Below, piece by piece: positions 17,071 through 25,698 of a DNA stretch of 32,000 nucleotides; position 1 is the stretch's first letter; every line of letters starts with the position of its first letter. Source of the DNA: a virus; IMG/VR virus record IMGVR_UViG_3300045988_053501, positions 15,325-47,324 of that record; one strand, 5' to 3'. The notes beneath the pieces are model-generated. The model did not search any database. It was not told the DNA's origin and saw only the letters and a list, made by a program, of their open reading frames with translations. The translations under genes were made by a program, and so were the position numbers.

Positions 17071-17147
17071 AATAGCATTATTTTTCACATATTTTAACTA
17101 GTTTTTTATAAAATTTAAGTGTTATCTAAAGAAAGAGGGAAAATTAC

Positions 17148-18247
17148 ATGGCAGTAAAAAAAGATGAAAAAACAGGTACGTGGTATTTCTATGGTTCGTA
17201 CAAAATGAAAAATGGAAAGTATAGACAATACAAGAAACGTGGATTTCCAAAAAAGAAAGATGCAGTAAAAGCGGAGATCATATTCAAAGAGAATATCAAA
17301 GACCCATACAAGAATATTACATTGGAAAGATTATTTAATGTTTATGTAGCTTATACAGAGAAAAGAATCAAGCAAAGTTCATGGGTTAATCAGAATAGGA
17401 TTTTGAATAGATGGATTGATATTTTAGGTGATGTTAATATAAAATCCATTACAACCAACGATATAGAGGTTGCAATGGAATTAATGATTAATAACGTAGG
17501 ATATGAAACTGCAAAGAATTATTTATCTAGAATAAATAAGATGATGCGGTTTGCAGTTCGTAAAGGATATTTAGAAACTAATCCTTGTTCCCCGATAGAA
17601 TTGGTCAAAGACCCAAACGAAAAGAAAACATAAATGAAGTATTGGACTTTAGAACAATTCAATCTATTTATTCATTATGTTGAAAATCCTTTGTATCATC
17701 TTCTATTCACAAATCAATTCTACATGGGGATGAGAATTGGCGAAACACTAGCGTTGACTTGGGAGGATGTAGATTTAGAAAACAATACGATTGCAATTAA
17801 AAAAACATGGTCAAAAGATTTGCATAAAATCACAACTCCAAAAACTCCTAATAGCTATAGGACAATTACAATGCCCCAGTTCTTATCGGATGAATATAGA
17901 GATTTTAAAGAGATGTTGGATGTTCCCGAGAAATCATTTGTATTCGGTATAGATATACCTGTATGCAATACTACAGTTAGAACAAGAATGAGAGAAGCTA
18001 TTAAAATTGCAAATGAGAATAACGAAGAACAAATTCCTATCATTCGTATACACGATTTAAGACATTCCTGTGCCAGTTACATGATTGGAAATATGGTAGA
18101 GATGGAAGCTCACATTTTAGCTTATATGACGTTGCAAAGCGTTTAGGAGACAATCTAAGCACTGTATTGAGTGTTTATGCTCATTGGCTTCCTCAAGCCG
18201 ACAAAGGAATCGCAAAATTCATGGATAAAGACAACGCACTAGATTAA
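17148..18247 (+). pseudogene. int: Phage integrase (tyrosine recombinase), disrupted by an in-frame TAA and a frameshift before the catalytic Tyr
   Basis: The N-terminal arm-binding/SAM-like part (MAVKKDEKTGTWYFYG...) ends at a TAA at 17631-17633. The same frame continues MKYWTLEQF...MGMRIGETLAL...IHDLRHSCAS. The C-terminal SLYDVAKRLGDNLSTVLSVYAHW is only readable in another frame from about 18110 and stops at 18245-18247. Confidence 0.8.
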
Positions 18248-18263
18248 TTTCTAGTGCTTTTTT
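18236..18263 (+). terminator. Rho-independent terminator at the integrase 3' end
   Basis: GCACTAGA-ttaatt-TCTAGTGC followed by T6. It overlaps the stop codon of the shifted integrase frame. Confidence 0.8.
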
Positions 18264-18428
18264 GTTTGCAAAAGAAAAACACACCCTTTAGCGAGTGTGC
18301 CTTCCATGAAATAGAGAGAGATGAAAATACAGTTGCCTATTTACAGGCACTTAAAGTTTATCATGTTTCGTTGCGGACGTTTTGTGCTACCAAAACAATA
18401 CGTATCATCTCTATTCAACCATTATGAT

Positions 18429-18656
18429 CTATCTTTCATATTTATCAACCAATGCGGATAATTCATCTAAAGTTCGTCCATATATCATACATAGAGCTTT
18501 TGCGCCCTTAAAGAATATGTTCTTTTTTCCATTCTCTATATCAGAAAGCCACATAGGTGCGTGATGCAACCTATCGGTAACATCAGATAAGGTTAGTCCA
18601 CTCTCCTTTCTAAACTGTTTCAAGGCTAATCCTTGACATTCAAATTTGTTACCCAT
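18429..18656 (-). CDS. XRE-family HTH repressor (CI-like, short form)
   Basis: This is the only convincing minus-strand gene. The HTH is LKQFRKESGLTLSDVTDRL. It is divergent to a cro-like gene across a 180-bp operator region. Confidence 0.8.
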   Translation of the reverse strand: MGNKFECQGLALKQFRKESGLTLSDVTDRLHHAPMWLSDIENGKKNIFFKGAKALCMIYGRTLDELSALVDKYER

Positions 18657-18719
18657 AGTATCACCTCATTTTCTAATAACAATAACAAATTTTACTTCTA
18701 CAATAAATATATCATAATT

Positions 18720-18818
18720 TACGCTCTAAGCTAAATAATTGTATTAAAATAATAAAAAAATGATTGACATAACTAAGATCAGAGCGTATATTATAAGTGT
18801 AGATAAGCTAAGGGCGCA
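18720..18818. promoter_or_regulatory. Lysogeny-switch intergenic region: rightward promoter plus three operator-like 6-3-6 sites
   Basis: TTGACA at 18764-18769, a 17-nt spacer and TATATT at 18787-18792. The sites are TACGCT-CTA-AGCTAA (18720-18734), TAAGAT-CAG-AGCGTA (18774-18788, between -35 and -10) and TAAGCT-AAG-GGCGCA (18804-18818). Confidence 0.6.
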
Positions 18819-18836
18819 GATAGGAGGGTATTGAAA

Positions 18837-19025
18837 ATGGAATTATTAACAATCAAACAAATTCGAGTTGGATTAAATATGACTCAAAAAGAAATGGCTA
18901 AATATCTTGGTATATCTACTGTTAGCTACCAAAGAAAAGAAAGTGGAATTAAAAATTTCTACTTTTGGGAAGTCAAGAAGATTTGCACCAAAGCTAATGC
19001 TTCGTTAGATTTGGTTAAAATTTAA
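18837..19025 (+). CDS. Cro-like XRE-family HTH protein
   Basis: I prefer the ATG at 18837 because AGGAGGG lies 7 nt upstream. The HTH is LNMTQKEMAKYLGISTVSYQRKE. Confidence 0.75.
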   Translation: MELLTIKQIRVGLNMTQKEMAKYLGISTVSYQRKESGIKNFYFWEVKKICTKANASLDLVKI

Positions 19026-19043
19026 ATTTTTTTACAAATTGAA

Positions 19044-19058
19044 TACGCTAAGAGTGTA
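19044..19058. promoter_or_regulatory. Fourth switch-region operator-like site TACGCT-AAG-AGTGTA
   Basis: It matches 11 of 12 positions of the palindromic consensus and lies just downstream of the cro-like gene. Confidence 0.45.
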
Positions 19059-19080
19059 ATTATAGAAGGGGGTGATTAAA

Positions 19081-19269
19081 ATGGCGGTATCAAGTGGAAG
19101 ATTAAATTCAGTTAGTTTAATCAATGAATCAACAGAAACGGAAAACAAAGTGTTAGAACTTCTAATCAATAACGGATGTTCTAATGAAGATTTATTAAAC
19201 GTATCTTCAATGCTTCAAACAATTTATATGTGTGGATTTGAAGTTGGGAAAAGATGTGTAAATGAATGA
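19081..19269 (+). CDS. Hypothetical early protein
   Basis: ATG at 19081 after AAGGGGG. The ORF is 62 aa and its stop overlaps the next start (ATGA). Confidence 0.5.
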   Translation: MAVSSGRLNSVSLINESTETENKVLELLINNGCSNEDLLNVSSMLQTIYMCGFEVGKRCVNE

Positions 19270-19478
19270 AAGTGTTGCTTGGATATAGAGACATCATGGA
19301 ACTTGGTGTTTCTAAAAAAACTGCATACAAGATGTTGAATCTTATATGCGAAACGGAGACTTACAAAAAGTCCAATCTATCCAAAGTGATAGATACAAAG
19401 AAAGTTCCAACAAAGTTATTTATCAGGATGTTTCCTGAGTTCAAAGAAAGGTGTGAACAACATGATGGATGTAGATGA
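19266..19478 (+). CDS. Small HTH DNA-binding protein (excisionase/regulator-like)
   Basis: IMELGVSKKTAYKMLN resembles an MerR/Xis-type HTH. The ORF is 70 aa. Confidence 0.45.
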   Translation: MKVLLGYRDIMELGVSKKTAYKMLNLICETETYKKSNLSKVIDTKKVPTKLFIRMFPEFKERCEQHDGCR

Positions 19479-19534
19479 TTTAAGAGAGTTAGATGACAAC
19501 AGATACATTGATGAAGATGAGGAGGAAGAACAAG

Positions 19535-19828
19535 ATGAGTACAGTTACGAAGACTACTGCTACGACTTCTGCAAAGCAGAAAGAGACGAAGAAGCCTGGT
19601 TCTAAATCAACCGCAAAGAAGAAAGCAGTTGAGTTAGGTGATTGCATCACGCTTCCTTCTTTTGCTAATAACGAGTACGAAACTCATTATGCAACTAAAG
19701 TTAGAAGCATGAAACAGACGAGCATGGTTAATGGAATGGCTAAATTCAATTACATATGTTCAATTGTTTTATTCGCATTAGCTATCGCATTCACAGTTTT
19801 CGCAAACTTGTACATAAGAGGTTTGTAA
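19535..19828 (+). CDS. Lys/Thr-rich protein with a C-terminal transmembrane helix
   Basis: I prefer the ATG at 19535 because GAGGAGG lies 8 nt upstream. The C-terminal TM is FNYICSIVLFALAIAFTVFANLYI. The stop lies 1 nt before the next start. Confidence 0.5.
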   Translation: MSTVTKTTATTSAKQKETKKPGSKSTAKKKAVELGDCITLPSFANNEYETHYATKVRSMKQTSMVNGMAKFNYICSIVLFALAIAFTVFANLYIRGL

Positions 19829-19829
19829 A

Positions 19830-20069
19830 ATGACACAAACAGAAAGAGTTATCAAGCACCTAAAGGAGCATGGTTCTATCACTCCGTTAGAAGCAATTAG
19901 AGAGTATGGAATCACTCGTTTGGGTGCAAGAATTTGGGATTTAAGAGACTTGGGGTATGACATTGAAACTCAAACCGAAGCTTCTAAAAATCGGTTTGGA
20001 GATAAGACATCTTATGCCAAGTACGTGTTAAAAGGAGGGGTAAAAAATGAATCTGTATCAAGACACTGA
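19830..20069 (+). CDS. Winged-helix DNA-binding protein (HTH_39-like)
   Basis: HLKEHGSITPLEAIREYGITRLGARIWDLRDLGYDIET is the typical pattern of this phage wHTH family. Confidence 0.6.
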   Translation: MTQTERVIKHLKEHGSITPLEAIREYGITRLGARIWDLRDLGYDIETQTEASKNRFGDKTSYAKYVLKGGVKNESVSRH

Positions 20070-20718
20070 GAAGTTTAGTGTCGAAAAGTATGGAAGCCAT
20101 GAAGAATGGTTAAAAAAACGTGGTCGTGGAATTGGCGGTTCGGATGCATCGTGCTTCATGGATTTGAATCCATGGAAAACGCTTAATCAGTTGTGGCACG
20201 ATAAAAAATTCGGCTCACAACAAATTACGAATGAGGCTATCGAGTATGGCAATACTGCAGAGCCATGCTTAAGAACGTTATTTCAGGCCAAACATCCTGA
20301 GTTTGATGTGCAATACGTGGATAACGTTACATTGGTTTCTAAGGAATATGATTTTCTTAGATACAGTCCTGATGGATTGATTTACAACAAGGAAACAGGA
20401 GAACGTGGAATCTTGGAAATCAAAACATCCAAGATAATCAATTCTAAGAGTTTGCAGAAATGGGGAAGTAAAGGAAATGAAACAGTTCCTGATAACTATT
20501 ATTGCCAAACTTTAGAAGGATTGATTGTTACGGATTTTGACTTTGTTATCTATTGTGCAGAACTAAGATTTGCAGATGGTGATGCACGAATTATTGAGCG
20601 TTCATATCGTAAAGAAGAAGCTTTAGACAGTATGAACGATCTAAAACAAGCAATGATAGAAAAATGGGATAGGTACTTCATAGGTGATGTAGAACCACCT
20701 ATCACATTGTCTATATAG
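20047..20718 (+). CDS. YqaJ-like (lambda Exo-type) recombination exonuclease
   Basis: RGIGGSDAS...NPWKT...YSPDGL...LEIKT are PD-(D/E)xK YqaJ motifs. It is paired with RecT downstream. Confidence 0.8.
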   Translation: MNLYQDTEKFSVEKYGSHEEWLKKRGRGIGGSDASCFMDLNPWKTLNQLWHDKKFGSQQITNEAIEYGNTAEPCLRTLFQAKHPEFDVQYVDNVTLVSKEYDFLRYSPDGLIYNKETGERGILEIKTSKIINSKSLQKWGSKGNETVPDNYYCQTLEGLIVTDFDFVIYCAELRFADGDARIIERSYRKEEALDSMNDLKQAMIEKWDRYFIGDVEPPITLSI

Positions 20719-20737
20719 AAAAAGAGGAGATGGAAAT

Positions 20738-21589
20738 ATGGAATTTAATTTAGAGGTACGTGCACAAAACGGAAAAGTGTACACAAACGCAAGTGATTTA
20801 TTACCTGAAATCAAAGAAGGTTTAAAGCACTACAACTATGTAGTAGATGAAGACAACTATAAGAAGGCTAAAACAGATAGAGCTGCTTTAAACAATTTGG
20901 TAAAGCTTGTATCTGATAAGCGTAAACAAGTTGAAAATGATGTGTTTGCTCAATGGATTCAAGACAAGAAAGACATCATGGCAGTTGAGAAAACAATCAA
21001 AGCAACATCCGATAAATTGGGTGACGGAATTAACGAGGTTGACAACGCAGAAAAAGAATTGAAGAAAAATCAAATCAAAGAGCTATGGACAAACATGACA
21101 AATGATAAGTACCCATTTGATTTAGTTTTTGAAGAAAGATATTTGAACAAAACTGTTAAGCCTAAGGAAATTGAAGAAAGTTTAAATAATAAGTTCTTGA
21201 AAGCCGAAGAGCAATTATCATTCATCGAAGCTTCATTACCTGAGGATGAACTACAGGCAGAACAAGTTATCCAATTGTTCTGTAAGACATTGGACCTAAG
21301 CAAAGCTACAGAGAGAATCAATGAGATTAAAGAAGCCAAAGCAAAGCTTCAAGAAAAAGTAAATGCTCAGATTGAACAATCTAAACAAGCTCAAGCTATG
21401 AATCAAACAACGATTCCTCAGAGTCGATTAGAAGCTCATGAAAGCCAAAGTCAAACTCAAACAAGAAGATATTGCGTATTCCGTATTGAAGGATCTATGG
21501 AAGAGTTACAAGCTTGCAATCCAGTTTTAAATCAACTTATTAAAGAACATGGTGTAAAAATCAATATTTTAGAAAAAGGAGAATGTTAA
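20738..21589 (+). CDS. DUF1351-like protein of the recombination module
   Basis: The N-terminal pattern, length and position between the exonuclease and RecT are typical of Firmicutes phage DUF1351 proteins. Confidence 0.55.
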   Translation: MEFNLEVRAQNGKVYTNASDLLPEIKEGLKHYNYVVDEDNYKKAKTDRAALNNLVKLVSDKRKQVENDVFAQWIQDKKDIMAVEKTIKATSDKLGDGINEVDNAEKELKKNQIKELWTNMTNDKYPFDLVFEERYLNKTVKPKEIEESLNNKFLKAEEQLSFIEASLPEDELQAEQVIQLFCKTLDLSKATERINEIKEAKAKLQEKVNAQIEQSKQAQAMNQTTIPQSRLEAHESQSQTQTRRYCVFRIEGSMEELQACNPVLNQLIKEHGVKINILEKGEC

Positions 21590-21591
21590 TT

Positions 21592-22431
21592 ATGTTACAA
21601 AACAATTTTGCAAAGAGACAACAAAATGCACATACATTTGCATCTTATATTAAATCAGATGCAGTGTTATCCAACATTACAAAAACTTTAGGTAGTGTAA
21701 CGAGAGGTAAAAAATTCGTAGCATCTATCATTAGTGCGGTAAATACAAATAAGCAATTACAGGAATGTGATTTTCCAACGATCGTAAGTGCTGGTATTGT
21801 AGGAGATTCTTTGAACTTATCGCCTAGTCCACAATTAGGACACTACTACATGGTGCCATTCAGAGACACTAATAACAATCGTACAGTCGCTACATTCCAA
21901 CTTGGATATAAAGGTTATCTTCAATTAGCTATTCGTTCAGGTCAATATAAGAAAATCAATGTTGTAGCAGTTAAAGATGGTGAGTTGTTAAGCTATAACC
22001 CATTTACAGAGGATATTGAAGTAAGAGCAATTACAGACCCATTAGAACGTGAGAAAGCTCCTACAATTGGATATTATGGAATGTTTGAATTGACTAATGG
22101 TTTTACTAAATCAATGTATTGGTCAAAAGAAACAATGGAAGAACACGCTCAGAAATACTCAAAAGGGTATGCAGCACATAAAGGATATACATTCTGGGAA
22201 AAAGATTTTGACGATATGGCTTTCAAAACTATTTTACGTCAATTGATTTCAAAATGGGGGATCATGAGCATTGAAATGCAAACCGCAATTGAAACAGATA
22301 TGTCATTTAAAGATGAGGTAAGTTCTGAACCTGTTTATTTAGATAGCGAAGAAAATCAACAAGTAGAACAAGTTCAAGGGTATCAAGAACAAACATATCA
22401 GGAACAACCAGAAGGTGTAAGTCTTGTATAA
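21592..22431 (+). CDS. recT: RecT-family single-strand annealing protein
   Basis: SLNLSPSPQLGHYYMVPF...FQLGYKGYLQLAIRSGQYK is the RecT core. I prefer the ATG at 21592 because the GGAG is 10 nt upstream and it lies after the preceding stop, rather than the ATG at 21583. Confidence 0.8.
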   Translation: MLQNNFAKRQQNAHTFASYIKSDAVLSNITKTLGSVTRGKKFVASIISAVNTNKQLQECDFPTIVSAGIVGDSLNLSPSPQLGHYYMVPFRDTNNNRTVATFQLGYKGYLQLAIRSGQYKKINVVAVKDGELLSYNPFTEDIEVRAITDPLEREKAPTIGYYGMFELTNGFTKSMYWSKETMEEHAQKYSKGYAAHKGYTFWEKDFDDMAFKTILRQLISKWGIMSIEMQTAIETDMSFKDEVSSEPVYLDSEENQQVEQVQGYQEQTYQEQPEGVSLV

Positions 22432-22735
22432 ATCAAAACGTAGCCAAGCTACAGATATTCCTAAATCAGTTAAAGATACTGTATGGGAAAGAGATGGGAG
22501 AATGTGTATATTTTGCGGTTCTCCCTTCGCATTTCCCGAAGCACACGTAATTCCAAGGTCTCAATCAGGACTTGGAGTAGAGAAAAACATTATTACAGTA
22601 TGTAGAAGATGTCACAATCTTTTAGACCAGAGTCCAAAGAGAGAGAAAATGCTAGGCATTGCCAAAAGATATTTAGAGCGTATATACGGACATATTGATG
22701 AATCAGAGGTGAAATATAATGCTAAGTCAAAATGA
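22424..22735 (+). CDS. HNH endonuclease
   Basis: CIFCGS...AHVIPRSQSG...NIITVCRRCHNLLD gives the Cys4 plus HNH motif. The start is a TTG. Confidence 0.75.
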   Translation: MYKSKRSQATDIPKSVKDTVWERDGRMCIFCGSPFAFPEAHVIPRSQSGLGVEKNIITVCRRCHNLLDQSPKREKMLGIAKRYLERIYGHIDESEVKYNAKSK

Positions 22736-23198
22736 ACTGTTGTTTAAATACAATCCATTCAAAGTTAAATATTGGAAAGATGAAGAAATCCAAGAACAAC
22801 TTGAAATTTTAGTGGATGCTTATATTCCTGATGAAAGTGCAGTAATGGAAATGGCATTAAATGTTGAAAACCTTGCAAATCAAATGTTCTTAATTGGTGA
22901 AATGATGGCTAGATTACAGGAACAATCGAACATTCTTAAAGCAGATATTGAAAATAAAATGACAAACGCAATTTATGTTGAGCGTAGTACTTGGGAACGT
23001 GACCATGATGGAAAAGCACCTAGTATTAAATACTTTGAAGCACTAGCTTGTCAAAAAGTAGCTGATGAAAGAACAAAGCTTGCGAAAGTTGATTCGGATT
23101 TAAAACGTTTCAAAACTGCTTATGAAAGTATCGAAGCCAAGATGAATGCGACCAAGAAAAAAATCGATGCAACTAAGTTTGAAATAGGAGGTGCGTAA
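22719..23198 (+). CDS. Hypothetical coiled-coil protein (possibly Gp157-like)
   Basis: 159-aa ORF with RBS AGAGGTG. The family resemblance is weak. Confidence 0.5.
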   Translation: MLSQNELLFKYNPFKVKYWKDEEIQEQLEILVDAYIPDESAVMEMALNVENLANQMFLIGEMMARLQEQSNILKADIENKMTNAIYVERSTWERDHDGKAPSIKYFEALACQKVADERTKLAKVDSDLKRFKTAYESIEAKMNATKKKIDATKFEIGGA

Positions 23199-23694
23199 GA
23201 CGATTTTAGGTATTGATCCAGCAAATGAATACAGTGCATTTGTTGTAGTTGAGAACGATTTATCGGCAGTTGTAGATAAAGGAAAAATTCCTAACAAAGA
23301 ATTGCAAGATAAAATCTCAAATTGGAAAGCAGAAAATTATCCAATTGATTATGTAGCGATTGAAGGAATACAAAGTTTCGGTATGCCTGTAGGTCAAACT
23401 ACATTTGAAACTTGTTACTTTATAGGGCGTTTATTAGAGCAATTTGAAGCTTTCGATATTGAGCCTACATTAATATACCGAAGTGAAGAAAAAATGCTTA
23501 TATGCCACTCTATGAAAGCGACAGACGCAACTATTAGACAAGCTCTGATTGATTTGTTTGCTAAAGATACTCCAAACAAAGGAAAAGGAACAAAAAAAGA
23601 ACCTGGATATTTCTACGGATTTAAAGCCGACATCTGGAGTGCGTTTAGTGTCGTTATAACGTTTCATACAAAGTACATAGGTACAGAATGCTAG
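23191..23694 (+). CDS. RuvC-like Holliday junction resolvase
   Basis: ILGIDPANEYSAFVV...YVAIEGIQSFG is an RNase H-fold resolvase pattern seen in Gram-positive phages. The exact start is uncertain because the GTG abuts the SD. Confidence 0.6.
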   Translation: MRKTILGIDPANEYSAFVVVENDLSAVVDKGKIPNKELQDKISNWKAENYPIDYVAIEGIQSFGMPVGQTTFETCYFIGRLLEQFEAFDIEPTLIYRSEEKMLICHSMKATDATIRQALIDLFAKDTPNKGKGTKKEPGYFYGFKADIWSAFSVVITFHTKYIGTEC

Positions 23695-23706
23695 GAGGTG
23701 TGAAGT

Positions 23707-24444
23707 ATGGCAGTGATTAGAGTAAATAACACTAAAGGATTTACAGTAATGAGCAATTACCACTTTCAAGATAAAGAAATCTCACTAAAAGCAAAAGGAC
23801 TTCTTGGTTTGATGCTTTCTTTACCTAGTAATTGGGATTACTCAGTAAATGGATTGGCTGCAATCGTAAAAGAAAATAAAGCAGCAGTTCAAACCGTACT
23901 AAAAGAACTTGAAGAACACAAATATTTAAAGCGTACTAGAGTTCAAGATGAAACAGGAAGGTTTGATTACATCTACGATATTTACGAGAAACCGTATGAC
24001 AAATTACCGTGTACGGAAAAACCGTGCACGGTAATTCCGTACACGGAAGTTCCGTGCACGGAAAATCGACCACAAATAAATACTAATAAACAAAATACTA
24101 ATAAACAAAGTACTAAAGAATTAAATACTAATGAATATAAAGAAAAAAATATAAAAAAAGAAAGTGTTAATTCTGTTATTTCAGAGTATACAGAAAACAA
24201 AGATTTGCAAGATGCATTGCATGACTTTGTAGATATGCGTACTAAAGCAAGAAAACCTTTGACTGTTAGAGCAATGAAGTTATCTTTAAATCAATTAGAT
24301 AATTTGGCGGTAGATGATGTTACCAAGATTGCAATTGTAAATCAGAGCATTGTACATACCTGGTCAACATTCTACAAATTGCAGAACAATAACAATGACG
24401 GTCAAAGACAATTGACGAGAAAAGAAATGGGGTATGCATTTTGA
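23707..24444 (+). CDS. Replication initiator / replisome organiser (wHTH N-domain, DnaD-like C-domain)
   Basis: FTVMSNYHFQDKEISLKAKGLLGLMLSLPSNWDYSVNGLA...LKELEEHKYLKR is the typical initiator N-domain. The iteron array is embedded in the linker. Confidence 0.7.
   Translation: MAVIRVNNTKGFTVMSNYHFQDKEISLKAKGLLGLMLSLPSNWDYSVNGLAAIVKENKAAVQTVLKELEEHKYLKRTRVQDETGRFDYIYDIYEKPYDKLPCTEKPCTVIPYTEVPCTENRPQINTNKQNTNKQSTKELNTNEYKEKNIKKESVNSVISEYTENKDLQDALHDFVDMRTKARKPLTVRAMKLSLNQLDNLAVDDVTKIAIVNQSIVHTWSTFYKLQNNNNDGQRQLTRKEMGYAF
23992..24136 (+). repeat. Putative origin of replication: five 15-bp-spaced CCGTRYACGG palindromes followed by AT-rich TACTAAT repeats
   Basis: CCGTATGACA at 23992, CCGTGTACGG at 24007, CCGTGCACGG at 24022, CCGTACACGG at 24037 and CCGTGCACGG at 24052. 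These are followed by TACTAATAAACAAA x2 (24081, 24097), TACTAAAGAA (24111) and TACTAATGAA (24127). Confidence 0.6.
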
Positions 24445-25019
24445 CATTAGAAGAAACTGAAAGAATCTTACAAGTGCTAAGAATCAATTACCCTATGAGC
24501 TACAAAAACATGACTCAAGAAGATACACAAGCCTATTTAAAACTTTGGCAAGTATCTTTTAAGGATTATGAATACTTGGTTGTAGCAAAAGCAGTTAATC
24601 AAATCATTCAAAGTGACACAAGAGAGTTTGCTCCAAACGTAGCACAAGTAAAAACAAGAATCAGTAAAACTGCAATTGGAAAAACTAAGGAAGCTGGAGA
24701 GGCTTGGGAAATCGTTTTAAGGAACGCTAAGTGTGACCCTCATACGAGTAAGGTAAACTACAATAAACTGCCTAGAAACATTCAGAAAGCACTAGGAGGT
24801 AGCTATCTGTTAAGGGATATTGCGTGGAGTAATAAAAAAGACTTGCAATATTACCGAGATAGATTTCTACAAGCTTATAAAGAGATTTGTGAAGAAGAAG
24901 TACAGTTATTAAATTCAGGTCAAATCAGTTTGGAAACATATACACAACACGATCAATTGCCTACACCTCCAAAAAAGGAGGAGGGCATGAAGATGTTGGG
25001 AGATTTGATAAAAGGATAA
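24441..25019 (+). CDS. G39P-like helicase loader
   Basis: ILQVLRINYP...LWQVSFKDYEY..V.KAVNQIIQSDTREFAPNVAQV parallels the SPP1 G39P N-terminal pattern. The start is a TTG. Confidence 0.55.
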   Translation: MTLEETERILQVLRINYPMSYKNMTQEDTQAYLKLWQVSFKDYEYLVVAKAVNQIIQSDTREFAPNVAQVKTRISKTAIGKTKEAGEAWEIVLRNAKCDPHTSKVNYNKLPRNIQKALGGSYLLRDIAWSNKKDLQYYRDRFLQAYKEICEEEVQLLNSGQISLETYTQHDQLPTPPKKEEGMKMLGDLIKG

Positions 25020-25038
25020 AAAGTAGGAGGGGTAGCAA

Positions 25039-25683
25039 GTGCAATATTATATGTTGGATAAAAACGATATATCAGTTGTACGTGGAATCGTATCTTCAAA
25101 AGATGTAATGAGGGAATTGGGCATTACAAATGCTCAGTTCCATAAGATGTTGAGAAACGAGGAAACCTACAAAGGATGTATTCTTCTTCCTATTGAAACG
25201 GATGAGGAAGAAAGAAGAAAAGTAACAAGTGAAGATGATGAGCAATACCAACTACTTGGCGAAAGTAAAACAGGAATAAGATATTACATCACAAGTTATT
25301 TAAGAGTTGTTTCTGTTGATCTAAAAGGAAATCAAAAAGAAATGAAAGCTAAAAAGGAAACGGAATCAATTTATAGAGTTGTAGTGAACCTTAAAGAAGG
25401 GAAAAGATACTTGAATGTATTGTTTGAAGCCTACAAAGCCTTTGTTGGTGAAATAGAAAAGAACGATTCTATCGTATTTGACGGAGAAATGAAAATTGAA
25501 AACCTAAGAGTTATCAAACTAGCTCAGACTCAAGGATTGAGAAACAAGAAGAAAGTAAGAATAGGCGATACAGTTTATTCTTCAATTGCCGAGTGTGCTA
25601 GAAAGAATTTCATTTCTAAATCACATATGTATCAGATGATAGAAGGAATCAGACCTAATTCAATAGGTGTTGAATTTGTATAA
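25039..25683 (+). CDS. DNA-binding protein resembling a degenerate NUMOD4/HNH_3 homing endonuclease with a C-terminal NUMOD1-like HTH
   Basis: The pattern YYITSYLRVVSV...YRVVVNLKEGKRYLNVLFEAYKAFVG...IVFDGEMKIENLRV follows the HNH_3 layout. However, the catalytic His positions are replaced (VFDG instead of NH.DG). The C-terminal block is YSSIAECARKNFISKSHMYQMI. Confidence 0.45.
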   Translation: MQYYMLDKNDISVVRGIVSSKDVMRELGITNAQFHKMLRNEETYKGCILLPIETDEEERRKVTSEDDEQYQLLGESKTGIRYYITSYLRVVSVDLKGNQKEMKAKKETESIYRVVVNLKEGKRYLNVLFEAYKAFVGEIEKNDSIVFDGEMKIENLRVIKLAQTQGLRNKKKVRIGDTVYSSIAECARKNFISKSHMYQMIEGIRPNSIGVEFV

Positions 25684-25698
25684 AGGAGTTGAAAAGAA

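Noticed and set aside
16811-17088. Two overlapping 62-aa hydrophobic minus-strand ORFs that could be type I toxin-like peptides.
   Set aside because: They arise from poly-A/T-rich DNA, giving Phe/Leu/Ile-rich translations. They lack an RBS, overlap each other, and overlap the attP-like arm repeats.
19462-19605. A 47-aa extremely acidic ORF (MMDVDDLRELDDNRYIDEDEEEEQDEYSYEDYCYDFCKAERDEEAWF) that could be a DNA-mimic or anti-restriction peptide.
   Set aside because: It overlaps the end of 19266-19478 and, in another frame, 71 nt of the better supported 19535-19828 gene, which has a strong GAGGAGG RBS. Its own RBS is mediocre. I keep it only as a low-probability alternative that ribosome profiling or proteomics could test.
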